DNA from: a virus | IMG/VR virus record: IMGVR_UViG_3300027858_000541 | Length of the DNA stretch: 64,000 bases | Reading direction: 5' to 3' (one strand) | Shown here: piece by piece, positions 11,653 to 22,299 of the stretch | How positions within the stretch are numbered: position 1 is the stretch's first letter | Layout of the letters: every line of letters begins with the position of its first letter | Notes under the pieces: generated by a model | What the model was told of the DNA's origin: nothing | The model's input: only the letters and a program-made list of their open reading frames with translations | The model's database searches: none | Position numbers and translations under genes: made by a program

Positions 11653-12612
11653 ATGATGAACAATGTAGCACATTTTAGCCATAATGATTTAGACGGAGTT
11701 GGAGGTATTCATTTATCTCGATATGCATTTGGAAAAAAATTAACAAGCGTTTGTCCGATGAATAACACAGAGGTAGACCAGAAGGTTTTAGATTTTGTAA
11801 CTAAGCGATGGAATAAAGATACACTTTTAGTCATTACAGATGTTAGTGTGAATGAAGAAGTTGCACAGGTGATACAGTCTCGACATGTAGATGGATATCC
11901 GGTTGTTTTGTTAGACCATCATGCAACAGCGACGTATTTGAATAAATATGATTGGGCAAATGTTGTAATAGAGGAAAATGACCAAAAGGTATGTGCGACT
12001 TTTTTATATTACAAGTACCTAGTAGAGAATGATTGGATTACTCCAGCTCAAAAGCTAACGGAGTATGTAGAGAATATTCGTTCATATGATGTCTGGGATT
12101 GGTTTCATACCGACAACTTATTAGCCAAACAGCTAAATGACTATTTTTATATGGTAGGATTGGCTCCATTTGAAGCTTGGATTAAGGAAGAAATGGAAAA
12201 TGTACAAGAATCATTTCAATTAAGCAAAGAAGTGTCAACCTTGCTACAAGTGGAAGAAAATCGAATTCAAAAGTATATCGATAAAAAGGCAAAACAATTA
12301 ATCATTCAGCAAAAATCGTTTTTAGGTAAATTGTACAATGTGGGCTATGTAGCGAATGAGAACTACCATTCAGAGTTAGGAAATACACTTTGTCAGTTGA
12401 ATCCAGATATGGATTTTGTGGTTATGATAGATATTGGTCAACATAAAGTGAGTTTACGGACGGCAAAAGATAATGTGAATGTTTCTGCAATTGCCAAATT
12501 CTATGGCGGTGGAGGTCATCCAAAAGCATCAGGTTGCTCCATTACTCCAACGAGTGCTCCATCATTATTGCAACCATTGTTAGATAGCATTTTAATGCCT
12601 GTACTGGTTTAA
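11653..12612 (+). CDS. DHH/DHHA1 phosphoesterase (NrnB-like nanoRNase)
   Basis: SHNDLDG, ITD, LDHH and GGGGHPKASG motifs. Confidence 0.88.
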   Translation: MMNNVAHFSHNDLDGVGGIHLSRYAFGKKLTSVCPMNNTEVDQKVLDFVTKRWNKDTLLVITDVSVNEEVAQVIQSRHVDGYPVVLLDHHATATYLNKYDWANVVIEENDQKVCATFLYYKYLVENDWITPAQKLTEYVENIRSYDVWDWFHTDNLLAKQLNDYFYMVGLAPFEAWIKEEMENVQESFQLSKEVSTLLQVEENRIQKYIDKKAKQLIIQQKSFLGKLYNVGYVANENYHSELGNTLCQLNPDMDFVVMIDIGQHKVSLRTAKDNVNVSAIAKFYGGGGHPKASGCSITPTSAPSLLQPLLDSILMPVLV

Positions 12613-12987
12613 AATTAGGGGTTTAAAAGGGGAGAGTATTAAAGTGGCGAAAATAAAAATTCAAGCATCAGGAATCATTTATAATGAGGTAACAGAACCT
12701 GCAGTTGTATATGAACAAGAAACAGGAACATTGTATAAAATTGGTGAAAAAAAAGTTATGGAAAAATATTATAAAGAAGTACAGGAAAAATATCAATTAG
12801 GTGGTTTTCCTAAAGAGGCGGAGAATGTTCGTTTTATGGAACTACCTCCAAATCAAGAATTGGTAGACAAAATATTTCAGAATTCAGGATATCTAAAGAG
12901 GTTTGTAGATGAAATGGAGAAGCAATTGATTTCGTAAATGGATAATACATCTTATTCATATAATATAAAATGACTAGGAGAATCTAG

Positions 12988-13494
12988 ATGATATTTAATG
13001 AGAATCAAAGAAGCATAGTCGAACAGTTAAAGTATCTTATCGAGAACAGAGAGAGACCTGAACAGAAATTTGTTATGAATTTATGTGAGGCATTTGGTGG
13101 GCATATTCTAACTAGCTTTATAGGCATGGGAGGAACTCGCATCGTTATTACTCATCCATTCAAAGATGGTGTCCTAAAAATAGCGTTTAATGAAGATGGA
13201 ATTAAGGGTAATGAGGATGAATTTAAGACATTTCAAGAAGCTTCAACAGAATTAAAATCAATGCTGGGGAAAACTGGTGATATGTTTGAAGGTGGTATTT
13301 TCTTGGAAATGGATTATTATGAGCCTATTCCGGAAGAGGACTTTGACAACTACGCAGAAGCTTTGGCGGAATTATTAAAAAAGGTTGAATTTATCTTTTA
13401 TCAAGACCCGCCCTATTTTCATTCATTTGGAACTGAAAATGGTAAATTAATATTAATAGATTATGGAGAAACCGAACAAATAAAAATACTGTAA
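12988..13494 (+). CDS. Minimal protein-kinase-like fold protein
   Basis: IGMGGTRIV Gly loop, VLKIA Lys, NEDE helix-C Glu and LIDYG (DFG-like). Confidence 0.55.
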   Translation: MIFNENQRSIVEQLKYLIENRERPEQKFVMNLCEAFGGHILTSFIGMGGTRIVITHPFKDGVLKIAFNEDGIKGNEDEFKTFQEASTELKSMLGKTGDMFEGGIFLEMDYYEPIPEEDFDNYAEALAELLKKVEFIFYQDPPYFHSFGTENGKLILIDYGETEQIKIL

Positions 13495-13553
13495 TAACAA
13501 AAGCCTCTATTTTAGAGGTTTTTTTCTTTGCAATAAATTTAATCAAATGATTA

Positions 13554-13585
13554 TTGACAAGCAAAATTATATTGACTATAATCAA
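13554..13585 (+). promoter_or_regulatory. Consensus sigma-A promoter overlapped by operator copy TTGACTATAATCAA
   Basis: TTGACA (13554)-17 bp-TATAAT (13577); operator at 13572-13585. Confidence 0.8.
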
Positions 13586-13698
13586 ATAAGTCTTTATTTA
13601 GCCTAAAATTGAATGGTGAAATATTAAGGAAGAAAAATACATAAGATAAATTGAAACCAAAAAAAAGGTATCAATTTAATGATGAAGGATGATGCAAT

Positions 13699-14148
13699 AT
13701 GTCAATAGAGGCAATAAAGACAAATAGACTAAATGAAAATAACATAAATAAGGTATGTCAAATAACCGGAAATGTAAGCGAAGCATATGAATTTATTAAA
13801 ACTAATACAACGAGTTTTGGATTATTGTTTAGAGGGAGTATGTTTCCTAAATTAGAGACTGAGGTAGGAATGAATGTAAGATTCGATAAGATTAGTTCAT
13901 GGACAAAAGATGTTCGTGTTGCAGGGAAATTCGCTAATGATTTCATATCGGATTTGAAGGATGATAAATTAATACCAGTCATATTTAGTTGGAAAAATGG
14001 ATATGGTTTAGATGTAAACTTTTTCAATTCTGAACCTATATTTTCACATGAAAAAGAAGTATTGGTAACCCATAGAGAATTTGTAATCGATAATGTGATA
14101 AAGGTACATGATATTTATCATATCCAACTAAGAGAAATGACCTTATAA
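13699..14148 (+). CDS. Putative ADP-ribosyltransferase-fold protein (R-S-E clade)
   Basis: LFRG (Arg), SSWTKD..VA.KFA (Ser motif) and HEKEVLV (ExE) in the expected order. Confidence 0.6.
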   Translation: MSIEAIKTNRLNENNINKVCQITGNVSEAYEFIKTNTTSFGLLFRGSMFPKLETEVGMNVRFDKISSWTKDVRVAGKFANDFISDLKDDKLIPVIFSWKNGYGLDVNFFNSEPIFSHEKEVLVTHREFVIDNVIKVHDIYHIQLREMTL

Positions 14149-14699
14149 AAAAGGTCATTTTTTAAAGTATGGAAGAAAATAAATAAACGAATAAAATAGT
14201 GTGAGTTTTGGTATATTCAAATTACCTAGATTAAAGTGTTTGAGAAATGTGAATTAAGTATTGAGGTACGCATGTATGTATTCTATGGGGGGCGAGAACG
14301 ATATGCACATTAAAGAGTATTATTTAGAAAATTGCTCTGGCAAATTTAATGTCGGTAGTAGGATTTTTTATCTAAGATTGCGAGATATTTCGGAGTCATT
14401 TCAGATAGAAAGAGATTTTTTAGATAAGGTAGCGTCGGAATGTAAAGGAGAGATAAGAATCACCATTAAAACGATATCGGACGCACATCAAAAGAAACGA
14501 GTTTATATACGTGCAGAAGCTATATCTCAGAAGGAGCGTTATATTGAGATGCGTATATTATGAAAGAAAAAATTAGAAAACAAAGCCATATTTGGTTTTT
14601 TATTAATTAATTTGTTATAATGGTAATAGATACATATTGAATGAGGTGTGGCGCATGCCATTTTCTCCCATGTCATAGAGGGGAGGAGGTGAATGCTAT

Positions 14700-14855
14700 A
14701 TGATGTCTGTTTTATTGAGTTTCTGCATAGGACTAGCTAAAGGTACGGGATTATTGATTCCGCCATTGGTGATTGCCTATACGAAGAGACGAAAGAAACA
14801 AAATCAAGAAAAGCCCCCTCAAGGACAAGAAAAGGGTGGCTCTCAAAAAAAGTGA
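14700..14855 (+). CDS. Putative type I toxin (51-aa membrane peptide; missed by the ORF track)
   Basis: MMSVLLSFCIGLAKGTGLLIPPLVIAYTKRRKKQNQEKPPQGQEKGGSQKK; very strong RBS GGGAGGAGGTGA; upstream TTCTCCC anti-SD; -10 TATAAT near 14615. Confidence 0.65.
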   Translation: MMSVLLSFCIGLAKGTGLLIPPLVIAYTKRRKKQNQEKPPQGQEKGGSQKK

Positions 14856-14955
14856 TATTAATTTAAAATGTAGTCACACCTCAACGACCAAATCAAGATG
14901 TATCTACTGAGTGCTTGCTTATTGCAGGCGCTCTTTTTATTTTATGCCTTGCTTA
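14805..14955 (-). ncRNA. Putative convergent antisense antitoxin RNA (ends approximate)
   Basis: - strand TTGCCA (14990-14985)-18 bp-TATACT (14966-14961). Hairpin AGCCCCCT/AGGGTGGCT preceded by a + strand A-run (U-tract on - strand) at about 14808-14842. Confidence 0.5.
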
Positions 14956-15103
14956 ACTATAGTATACATAGAATGAACGAAAAATGGCAAGAAATAAGTT
15001 TATGAAGTATATCTTTTAACTAATATACGGCAATTTTTCCGTAGTTCAATTCAAATTATCGTGCTACTATAAGTTTATTATATATAAAGGAGATGTTAGT
15101 CAA

Positions 15104-15679
15104 TTGAATAAAAAGCTTCAAATTACCCTCGGTATAACCCTCATTTTAATCCTCGGATTCTCTTTCTACTTTTTTTCCACGAATCAGCAATCAAATAAAA
15201 CAATAGAAAAAAAGGAAACAACTTCTGAATCGTCTACCAAACCAACCAAAGATAAATTAGCAGGGACAATTCTAAAATCAATCGCTCTTAAAGAAGAAGA
15301 TACAAAAAAAGTAAGTGTTTCAACACAAGTAACTAGTGAAGATACCATTGTTCGTATTTTAAATGAAAGAGATATTCCAAAACATTTAGAAGAACAGGCA
15401 TTATTTGAAGATACCATTAAAATAATGAAAAATGCATTTTCTGATGAAAATGTAAAAGTACTTCATGTGGAGTGGCATGTCCCTACAAAAGTTGTGGGTG
15501 AAAATATTTACTCTCGTAACCTTTTAACGATTCGCATGACAAAAGAAGCTTTCCAAAAAGAAACTATTGAAAAGTTAACGTTAGAAAAAATTCAATCTCT
15601 ATCTGCGATATATACGTACATTCCGGAAGAAGTAAAACCAAATGAAATCTCTATTGAGAAAAAAGAATCTAAATCTTAA
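15104..15679 (+). CDS. Membrane-anchored extracellular protein
   Basis: N-terminal basic plus hydrophobic segment, then Ser/Thr/Lys linker. Confidence 0.6.
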   Translation: MNKKLQITLGITLILILGFSFYFFSTNQQSNKTIEKKETTSESSTKPTKDKLAGTILKSIALKEEDTKKVSVSTQVTSEDTIVRILNERDIPKHLEEQALFEDTIKIMKNAFSDENVKVLHVEWHVPTKVVGENIYSRNLLTIRMTKEAFQKETIEKLTLEKIQSLSAIYTYIPEEVKPNEISIEKKESKS

Positions 15680-16234
15680 CAAGTAAAGCGTTGTTTTAGA
15701 ATAAAGTTCGATTATTTTAAATAAAGATTGATAACTTATAACAAAGTTTGATAAAAAGGAGAATGATTGTAATGAAATTTACAGTTGAATTCGATAAAGA
15801 AATTGCAACTAAAAAAGAAAGAATAGATAGTGCATATTGGGATAATGTTACACCCTTTGTAATTAATGTGTCTACAGATTATAAAGACTTTAGATATGAT
15901 ATTGAATATAGCGCAGAAAATAATTTACTTTATATTTGTTGTGGTGTTGCTGAATATGATAGTGAATTAGGTGAAGAGTGTACGGTTGCGTATTTCAGAG
16001 CGTTAGATATATTACTAAACCCGTCTGTTATTAGTAAAATTGATGAATATCGACTTGGATTTATGAAAGTAAAATCAAGCAATTATCCAAGGTTTGAAAT
16101 TCAAGAAAAAGATATACTTCCCTATTTTTATGAAGTTATTGAAAAAGAAATTATAAATGATAAAAAGGCGAATGCCGTTACAATTGATTAGTTTAATCAA
16201 TCTTTTTTTATAAAAACAGACAATAATAAATAAG

Positions 16235-16280
16235 AAATCCAACAGTTTATAAAAAAAGATTGATTTAAACTGTTGGATTT
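16235..16280. terminator. 15-bp perfect inverted repeat, probable bidirectional terminator
   Basis: AAATCCAACAGTTTA ... TAAACTGTTGGATTT. Confidence 0.7.
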
Positions 16281-16398
16281 TTCTCTATTCGAAATCATCG
16301 TTTGAAGCATACTCTTAATCAAACTTTATTTTAAAGTTACATAAAGACCACTAAGTAATATAAAAAGTGGTCTTTTTTATTTTACTTTACTTTAGTTC

Positions 16399-16430
16399 TT
16401 GATAAAAACAACAATATAGACTATAGTCAA
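16399..16430 (+). promoter_or_regulatory. Sigma-A-like promoter overlapped by operator copy TAGACTATAGTCAA
   Basis: TTGATA (16399)-17 bp-TATAGT (16422); operator at 16417-16430. Confidence 0.65.
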
Positions 16431-16460
16431 AATATAATAAAAAAAAGACTAAAGTGGTGA

Positions 16461-18282
16461 ATGATAATGAAAAAGAAATCGGTTGTTTTAACAATTTTAT
16501 CCGTAGTAGCGGTAGGACTATTACTTTTCTATCATCTAATCTATCATGGAAAATCCATATCTTCTTTCTATATGGGGCTCTTATTAATTCAAACAGCATA
16601 CATTTTGCTATTTAGTGGGGTATTGTCAGCTCTTAATAGAAAACGAAAGGAGCGTGACCTATAATGCCATTTTCCTTAACATTTGTTTTAATTTTGAATG
16701 GTTATATGTGCGGGATGGGATTTCTATACTTGCCCTATATATATGGTTTTGAGATATCTTATATACCCTACTATTTGCTCTTTATCTATCAGGCATACAT
16801 CATGATTCATTTAGTGCAATCTTATCCAAATACAGAAGAGTTAGTTCAAAAGGATTTTTTTCCAAACCGTAAAGGAATACCAAAGCGAGACTATCGTTAT
16901 TGAGTAAAGGAGGTTTAATAATTGATTGTTTTAAAAATATTAGGTGTTATGTTTTTGGTATTTGCTATTTTCGTTCTGTGTTTATTCGAAAGGATTGAGC
17001 ATTCTTTAAGAAATGATAAAAAGCTAATAGAAAAACTAAAGCGTACTGTAGAAGCATTTGAAAAAAGAGAAGGATATATCCCTTATATAAAAGGTAATTA
17101 TAGTAGAATTGATTTATTTTTGCTGTACCACGGGTTAATTCCGAAAGATGTGCAAAAAAAAGAATTGAAGGGGTATCAGTTTTATGCAACTAAGGAGAGA
17201 AAGAATAATAATTTGTGCGAATTAGTTGTCAAATTGGAGAAAATACAGGAAATGGAGAAAATAGAAACTATCCGTGTCATTGATGGGGTTTTACAATGGG
17301 ATGAACCCATGGGGTATTCTCTAGAAGTATTTGAACTCAGCATGTCAGAAGAAAAGCAACAAGGAGTATCCGAATGGGTTTTTGTAGATTATTTAGAAAA
17401 ACTAGACTCAATATCATTTAAAGATGGAGTCATCTATGGTATTAAATTGCATGGGTATGGAACTGTTTCTCCTATCATTCAAGTAACAGTAATATATGAA
17501 AATAAATTAATAAAAGAAAAGAGTATCACAGGAAAAAATAACCTTAAAGTAGAGTGGGATGTCTCAGCAAGTAATGCACCCTATGATGAAGGTGTTACGT
17601 TTGAGTTTAGAAAAAAGGCGAATACAAATATTGTCCTTACGATTTATAGGGCTGTTTCGGAAGAAGAGGCGTGGAAGGTTTTAGCAGAAAATGTGACAGT
17701 AGAAAAGGAGTGAAAAAGTAAATGTCAGATAGAGATTTTGCCAGCATTCTATTACCGATTATCGGCATATTGTGGGTGGTTTTTACTATATTACTATTCA
17801 GTGTTGAATCAGAAGATAATTATTTAAAAGAATTAGAAGGAGCTTATACTATTTATTGTTTAGAAGAAGATTGCCCTACTAAATCAGGGGAACATATAGT
17901 AGATTTGAATGCTATTTACAAAGATGGAATCCCAGAAAAATTGAAAGCTATGAAAAAAGAGGGATATACGTTTATTCAGGTCAATCGAAAAAACAATGAA
18001 AAAAATGCTGATATAAAAAGGGTTCCTTTAATTGATGGCATTCTTATACAAGATGTAAAGATAAATGGAAATGAAATCAGTTGGTCTCGCTCGGAAGAGA
18101 AAGAAAATTATGGGCAGAAGTTATACGTCAAATTAAATGAGCAATGGGTATACGTGCAGAAATTAGATACAGATGGTTTTTCTTTTTATGATAAAGAAAA
18201 AGAATATGGAATTAGCTTATACAGTACTTCGCCGTTTGAAGAAGATACTTCAGCAATTCAGGAAATTTCAGTAAAACAATAG
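16461..18282 (+). other. Operon of four membrane/membrane-anchored hypothetical proteins (16461-16664, 16664-16903, 16922-17713, 17722-18282)
   Basis: Closely spaced or overlapping ORFs, each with N-terminal or multiple hydrophobic helices. Confidence 0.55.
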
Positions 18283-18398
18283 TAGATAAGTGCCTTGTCA
18301 TCTAACTATTCCATTCTTTTCAACGGTAAGGAATATGTGTTCCATAGCTATATATAATAAAAAGTATTTTAAATTACAATGAAAATGGAGGTTTTAAA

Positions 18399-19298
18399 GT
18401 GAAAAACAATATAAAAACAATCTCACAGAAAATATTTCTGGGAACAGTAATTACAGGAGTGGTGTTGTCCAGCGGAGTCGGAGTCACTCAGGCGGAAACA
18501 TTAACTAACAGTTCAATTAGTCAAACAGAACAAACAACTAAATATTCAAGCAAAGTTATGGAGACAGTACGTTTGAGTTTAGGTGTAAAGAAACATTCAA
18601 CGGAAGTTGATAACCAAATAAATGCAATGAAAAAAGTCGAAGTGATGGATATTTATATGGATTCTTTTGGGGAAAAGGTAAAGGGAAAAGAAGTAAGAAA
18701 AGTTGTCAATGAAGTATTCGGTGCTGATTTAAATACTATTTCTAAAATGAACTATGGTAGTAAATTAAGTTCTTACACACTACCTATTATGAAAGATATT
18801 CGAGTATCCCTAAATGTCGCACCAGACTCAACGGAATTGGATGCAAAAATCATGAAGATGCCCAAATCCGAAGTAATGGATAGATATATTAAAGTGAATG
18901 ATTACTCTTTAACCAATAATGAGATACGTATATTAATAAATGATATTTTCGGAGTGAATCTAAATGGAATTTCGGGATTAGAGGGTGCACAGTTATCCAT
19001 CTACTCCAAAGGACAATGGATTATACAAAGTGAAAAAGACTTGTTTAAAATATCCTCTTCACTAGATGACGTTTCATTATATATTGAATCAACTGATTAT
19101 CTTGAAAAGCAAACTGGTTCGAGCGAGTTTCCCGACTCATTAGCACAAAAACTAATCAATTTAGGCTTCACATATGCTGAAGTGTCAGGAAATTATACGT
19201 ACACTCATCCTACTGGGGAATCTGTTCCGGATGCTTTAAAAACACAAACGATTGGGACTGTTATTCAAGCTATTCAAGAAATAAATGCGAACCAATAA
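18399..19298 (+). CDS. Secreted protein with an internal ~75-aa tandem duplication
   Basis: Signal peptide ending AE/AQA-like; repeats VMETVRLSLGV..STEVDNQI..M.KVEVMD and IMKDIRVSLNV..STELDAKI..M.KSEVMD. Confidence 0.7.
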   Translation: MKNNIKTISQKIFLGTVITGVVLSSGVGVTQAETLTNSSISQTEQTTKYSSKVMETVRLSLGVKKHSTEVDNQINAMKKVEVMDIYMDSFGEKVKGKEVRKVVNEVFGADLNTISKMNYGSKLSSYTLPIMKDIRVSLNVAPDSTELDAKIMKMPKSEVMDRYIKVNDYSLTNNEIRILINDIFGVNLNGISGLEGAQLSIYSKGQWIIQSEKDLFKISSSLDDVSLYIESTDYLEKQTGSSEFPDSLAQKLINLGFTYAEVSGNYTYTHPTGESVPDALKTQTIGTVIQAIQEINANQ

Positions 19299-19303
19299 CC
19301 AAA

Positions 19304-19332
19304 TAACCCAAGAGATTTGTTCTCTTGGGTTA
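19304..19332. terminator. Hairpin downstream of ORF 18399-19298
   Basis: TAACCCAAGAGA / TCTCTTGGGTTA 12-bp inverted repeat. Confidence 0.6.
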
Positions 19333-19469
19333 CTAAATTAGAAGCATTAATAAAGATTCCAAAATAACTAGTTTCATAATACATATGATAAAGAAACGGA
19401 GGAAAAAGGTGTCATATTGACAATAGATAATAGGAAACATAATTTAAACAGGATGGGAATGAATGAATA

Positions 19470-20507
19470 ATGGAAAGATTATTATTAGTAGATGGGTCAA
19501 GTATTTTAAGTTCAAGCTTTTATGCGAGTGCTCCACCAGCTTATAAAATGGCGAAAACACCGGAAGATAGAGAAAAAGCGACAGAAGATATGATGAAAAG
19601 TCCCACAGGTGAATACACAAATGGTGTGGTAACCATGATGAGAACACTAGAGAATATAATAAACAAACAAAAACCAACACACCTAGCAATAGCGTGGGAT
19701 ATTAGTCGTGATACGTGGAGACGAGACCTATACCCTCTGTATAAGGGGAATAGAAAAGAAACACCTGCAGAGTTAAAATCACAGTTCTTTGTTGCTCAGA
19801 GAGTATTAGAGGCTATGGGTATCAGACAAGTATTGGTTCCCAAATATGAAGCGGATGACATCTTAGGTTCACTTGCCAAGCGATATGAAGAAGTAATTCC
19901 GACAGTTATTTTAACGAAAGACCAAGATGCACTACAACTGGTGACGAATAATACCCGACTTTGGTTAGATACAAAAGAAGCAGATGAAATGATGAAAGAG
20001 ATGTCTGTCAGTAGGGAAAATGCTAATATTCCAAATAAGGTAGTGGAACTAAGTCCATATTCAGTGAAACAATTCTTCGGAGTACATCCTCACCAAATAC
20101 CTGATAAAAAAGCGTTAGCAGGTGATATAGGAGATAATATTCCCGGTGTAAAAGGAGTCGGAGAAATCTCCATTATTCCGTTGTTATCAGAGTTTGATAC
20201 GGTAGAAGACTTGTATGATTTTATTGAAGACAATTCAGAAGCTGAATTCAAGAGTCTGATAAAAGAATTAGGTGTTAAACGTTCTCCTTTAGGCTCTTTA
20301 ACAAAGACTTCAGAAACTGAACTAGTAGGAAAAGAATCCGCTTATCTAAGTAAAGTATTAGCAACGATTGTGTGTGATTTACCAATTGAATCATTATGTA
20401 CTTTAGAAGATATGAAAGTACAAATTAATGAAGAGGGTAGAGAGAGAATATATACCTCATTAGGTTTTACTAGTTTATTAAAGAACGATAAAGCTTTGGT
20501 TAGATGA
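19470..20507 (+). CDS. Stand-alone 5'-3' exonuclease (Pol I N-terminal/FEN family)
   Basis: LLVDGSS, AWD, R..LYP.YKGNR, YEADDILGSLA, TKDQDALQL and GDIGDNIPGVKGVG motifs; no polymerase domain. Confidence 0.92.
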   Translation: MERLLLVDGSSILSSSFYASAPPAYKMAKTPEDREKATEDMMKSPTGEYTNGVVTMMRTLENIINKQKPTHLAIAWDISRDTWRRDLYPLYKGNRKETPAELKSQFFVAQRVLEAMGIRQVLVPKYEADDILGSLAKRYEEVIPTVILTKDQDALQLVTNNTRLWLDTKEADEMMKEMSVSRENANIPNKVVELSPYSVKQFFGVHPHQIPDKKALAGDIGDNIPGVKGVGEISIIPLLSEFDTVEDLYDFIEDNSEAEFKSLIKELGVKRSPLGSLTKTSETELVGKESAYLSKVLATIVCDLPIESLCTLEDMKVQINEEGRERIYTSLGFTSLLKNDKALVR

Positions 20508-21664
20508 ATAAAATATAAATAGGTAAAATCGATGATATTTGTTTGTTATCACACTATAAGGAGTGAAAGGGATGGACGCAAAGTTTTTAGTTTTAGATAA
20601 GGAAGTAGTTCAAAAGGTTTTAACACAAGAAGAAAATATGGTTCTTCAATCATTTGTCGAGAAAATCAGAGAGTTCGAAGGATATAGAGTATACGAGGTT
20701 CATGAGGAGAAATAATACACAGTACGCCAATGGAACTGTTGAACAAATACTGAGTATAAAAGGAGAAAGAGTCTGTTTATGAAGACTGTAGAAGAATTAA
20801 AAGAGGACATCTCAAGAGAAATAGATATTGTTCCAAAACACGGAGTAACAGATGAGCATGGGAAATGGACATCAAAAGAAGATGAAGAGAAAAGGCTTAG
20901 ACAATTACATGCTGAAATCTCTTATTTTATGCGTGAGTATTGATAGACAGTTCGTTTGTAATAAAGAGACTACAGGGGCGGAGGAAAAAACGTGAGCGAA
21001 TACAATACACTAGGTACTTGCAAAATGTGCGAGCAATCAGAATTACTTAATGATAATAAAGTGTGCAGAAGTTGCAATCATCCAGATTGATACTGAACAT
21101 TTCCACTATAAATCGTAGCAAGAGAGGAAGAATGTAAAATGGATTATTCGGTTTTAGAATTGAATCTATTAAATTATTGGAAATCAAAAGAGGTTAAATG
21201 GATTTACAAATATAAACATCGTGTAAAAGAATACCAATGTGGGAACTTGTCAAATACTGAACTATTTTTAGACATGACTGGTGGCTCTATATTTAAAGAT
21301 GTTATTGATATTGCGAATTTTAATGATGTTACAGGTAATGAAGTAAAGGTTAACATTGATGATTTAATTACCAATCGACAACAGACTAATATGTGAAATT
21401 GCTAACTGAACAGTTCGGATTAACGCTACTGTAGAGAGATGAAATGAGGGAGTGGAAAAAATGACGAAATACAAAGTATTCGCATTAGAAGACATAGAAA
21501 CAGAATTTAATTCTTGGACTACAGGATTAGACTATGAGGTAACAGAAACAAATACTAAGTTTCAAATAACTTCAAATGAAGGTCAAGTTGCTTATGTATC
21601 CATGTTAAAAGAGGTTATTTTACTTAATTTTAAAGTGGCTTAATGCAGGATAGGGGGTAAGTGC

Positions 21665-21850
21665 TTGAGCACGAGTATAGAAGGAGCAGGTTTATCCGTC
21701 GGTTTATATAATAAATTAAAAAGAAAAGGAATTAATGATATTACAAAAATTCCTACATTTGATTATAACAAGTTAACAAAAAAGGAAATAATTGAATTAC
21801 TTGATTGGATATTTCGTTTACGATGTCTAACTAATAGTAGATACAAATAG
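21665..21850 (+). CDS. RNA polymerase alpha-CTD-like small protein
   Basis: SIEGAGLSVGLYNKLKRKGINDI resembles RpoA-CTD [23 protein letters not shown]. Confidence 0.55.
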   Translation: MSTSIEGAGLSVGLYNKLKRKGINDITKIPTFDYNKLTKKEIIELLDWIFRLRCLTNSRYK

Positions 21851-21884
21851 TAATGAAGAAATAACATACGAAGGGTATGGTCGA

Positions 21885-22139
21885 GTGACTATCTATCTAA
21901 AGGAATCCGAATTATCTATAAGCATAGTGAATTTCTTAAATAAATGTTCTATTTATACATTAGAGGATTTACTTAAATATGATGAAGATTCTCTGATGCG
22001 ATTAGTAGTTGGTGACGCATGGGTGTTATCTAGAAAGCGAATGCATGAATTAAAAGAATTCATTCATTCTCATGCTCCATCACGATTTGATGAAGTTGGA
22101 TGCTTTCTACCTGCAATAAAAGAAACAAACAAAAAATAA
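21885..22139 (+). CDS. RNA polymerase alpha-CTD-like small protein
   Basis: ELSISIVNFLNKCSIYTLEDLLKYDEDSLM...LSRKRMHELKE resembles RpoA-CTD. Confidence 0.6.
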   Translation: MTIYLKESELSISIVNFLNKCSIYTLEDLLKYDEDSLMRLVVGDAWVLSRKRMHELKEFIHSHAPSRFDEVGCFLPAIKETNKK

Positions 22140-22238
22140 GTGTTAAAAGAAAGGAGAATATCCTTTCTTTTTTTGTTTTAGAGATGGTGGATATATCCCA
22201 TATTTTTTAAGTTTTATACATATTTCTTTATCGTTTTA

Positions 22239-22267
22239 TTGACTATAAACAACGGAAATGTTATATT
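22239..22267 (+). promoter_or_regulatory. Sigma-A-like promoter of the cas operon, overlapped by operator copy TTGACTATAAACAA
   Basis: TTGACT (22239)-17 bp-TATATT (22262); second TTGACT half-site at 22266. Confidence 0.7.
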
Positions 22268-22299
22268 GACTTTAGATATTTAAAAAGGGGCGTATCAAG

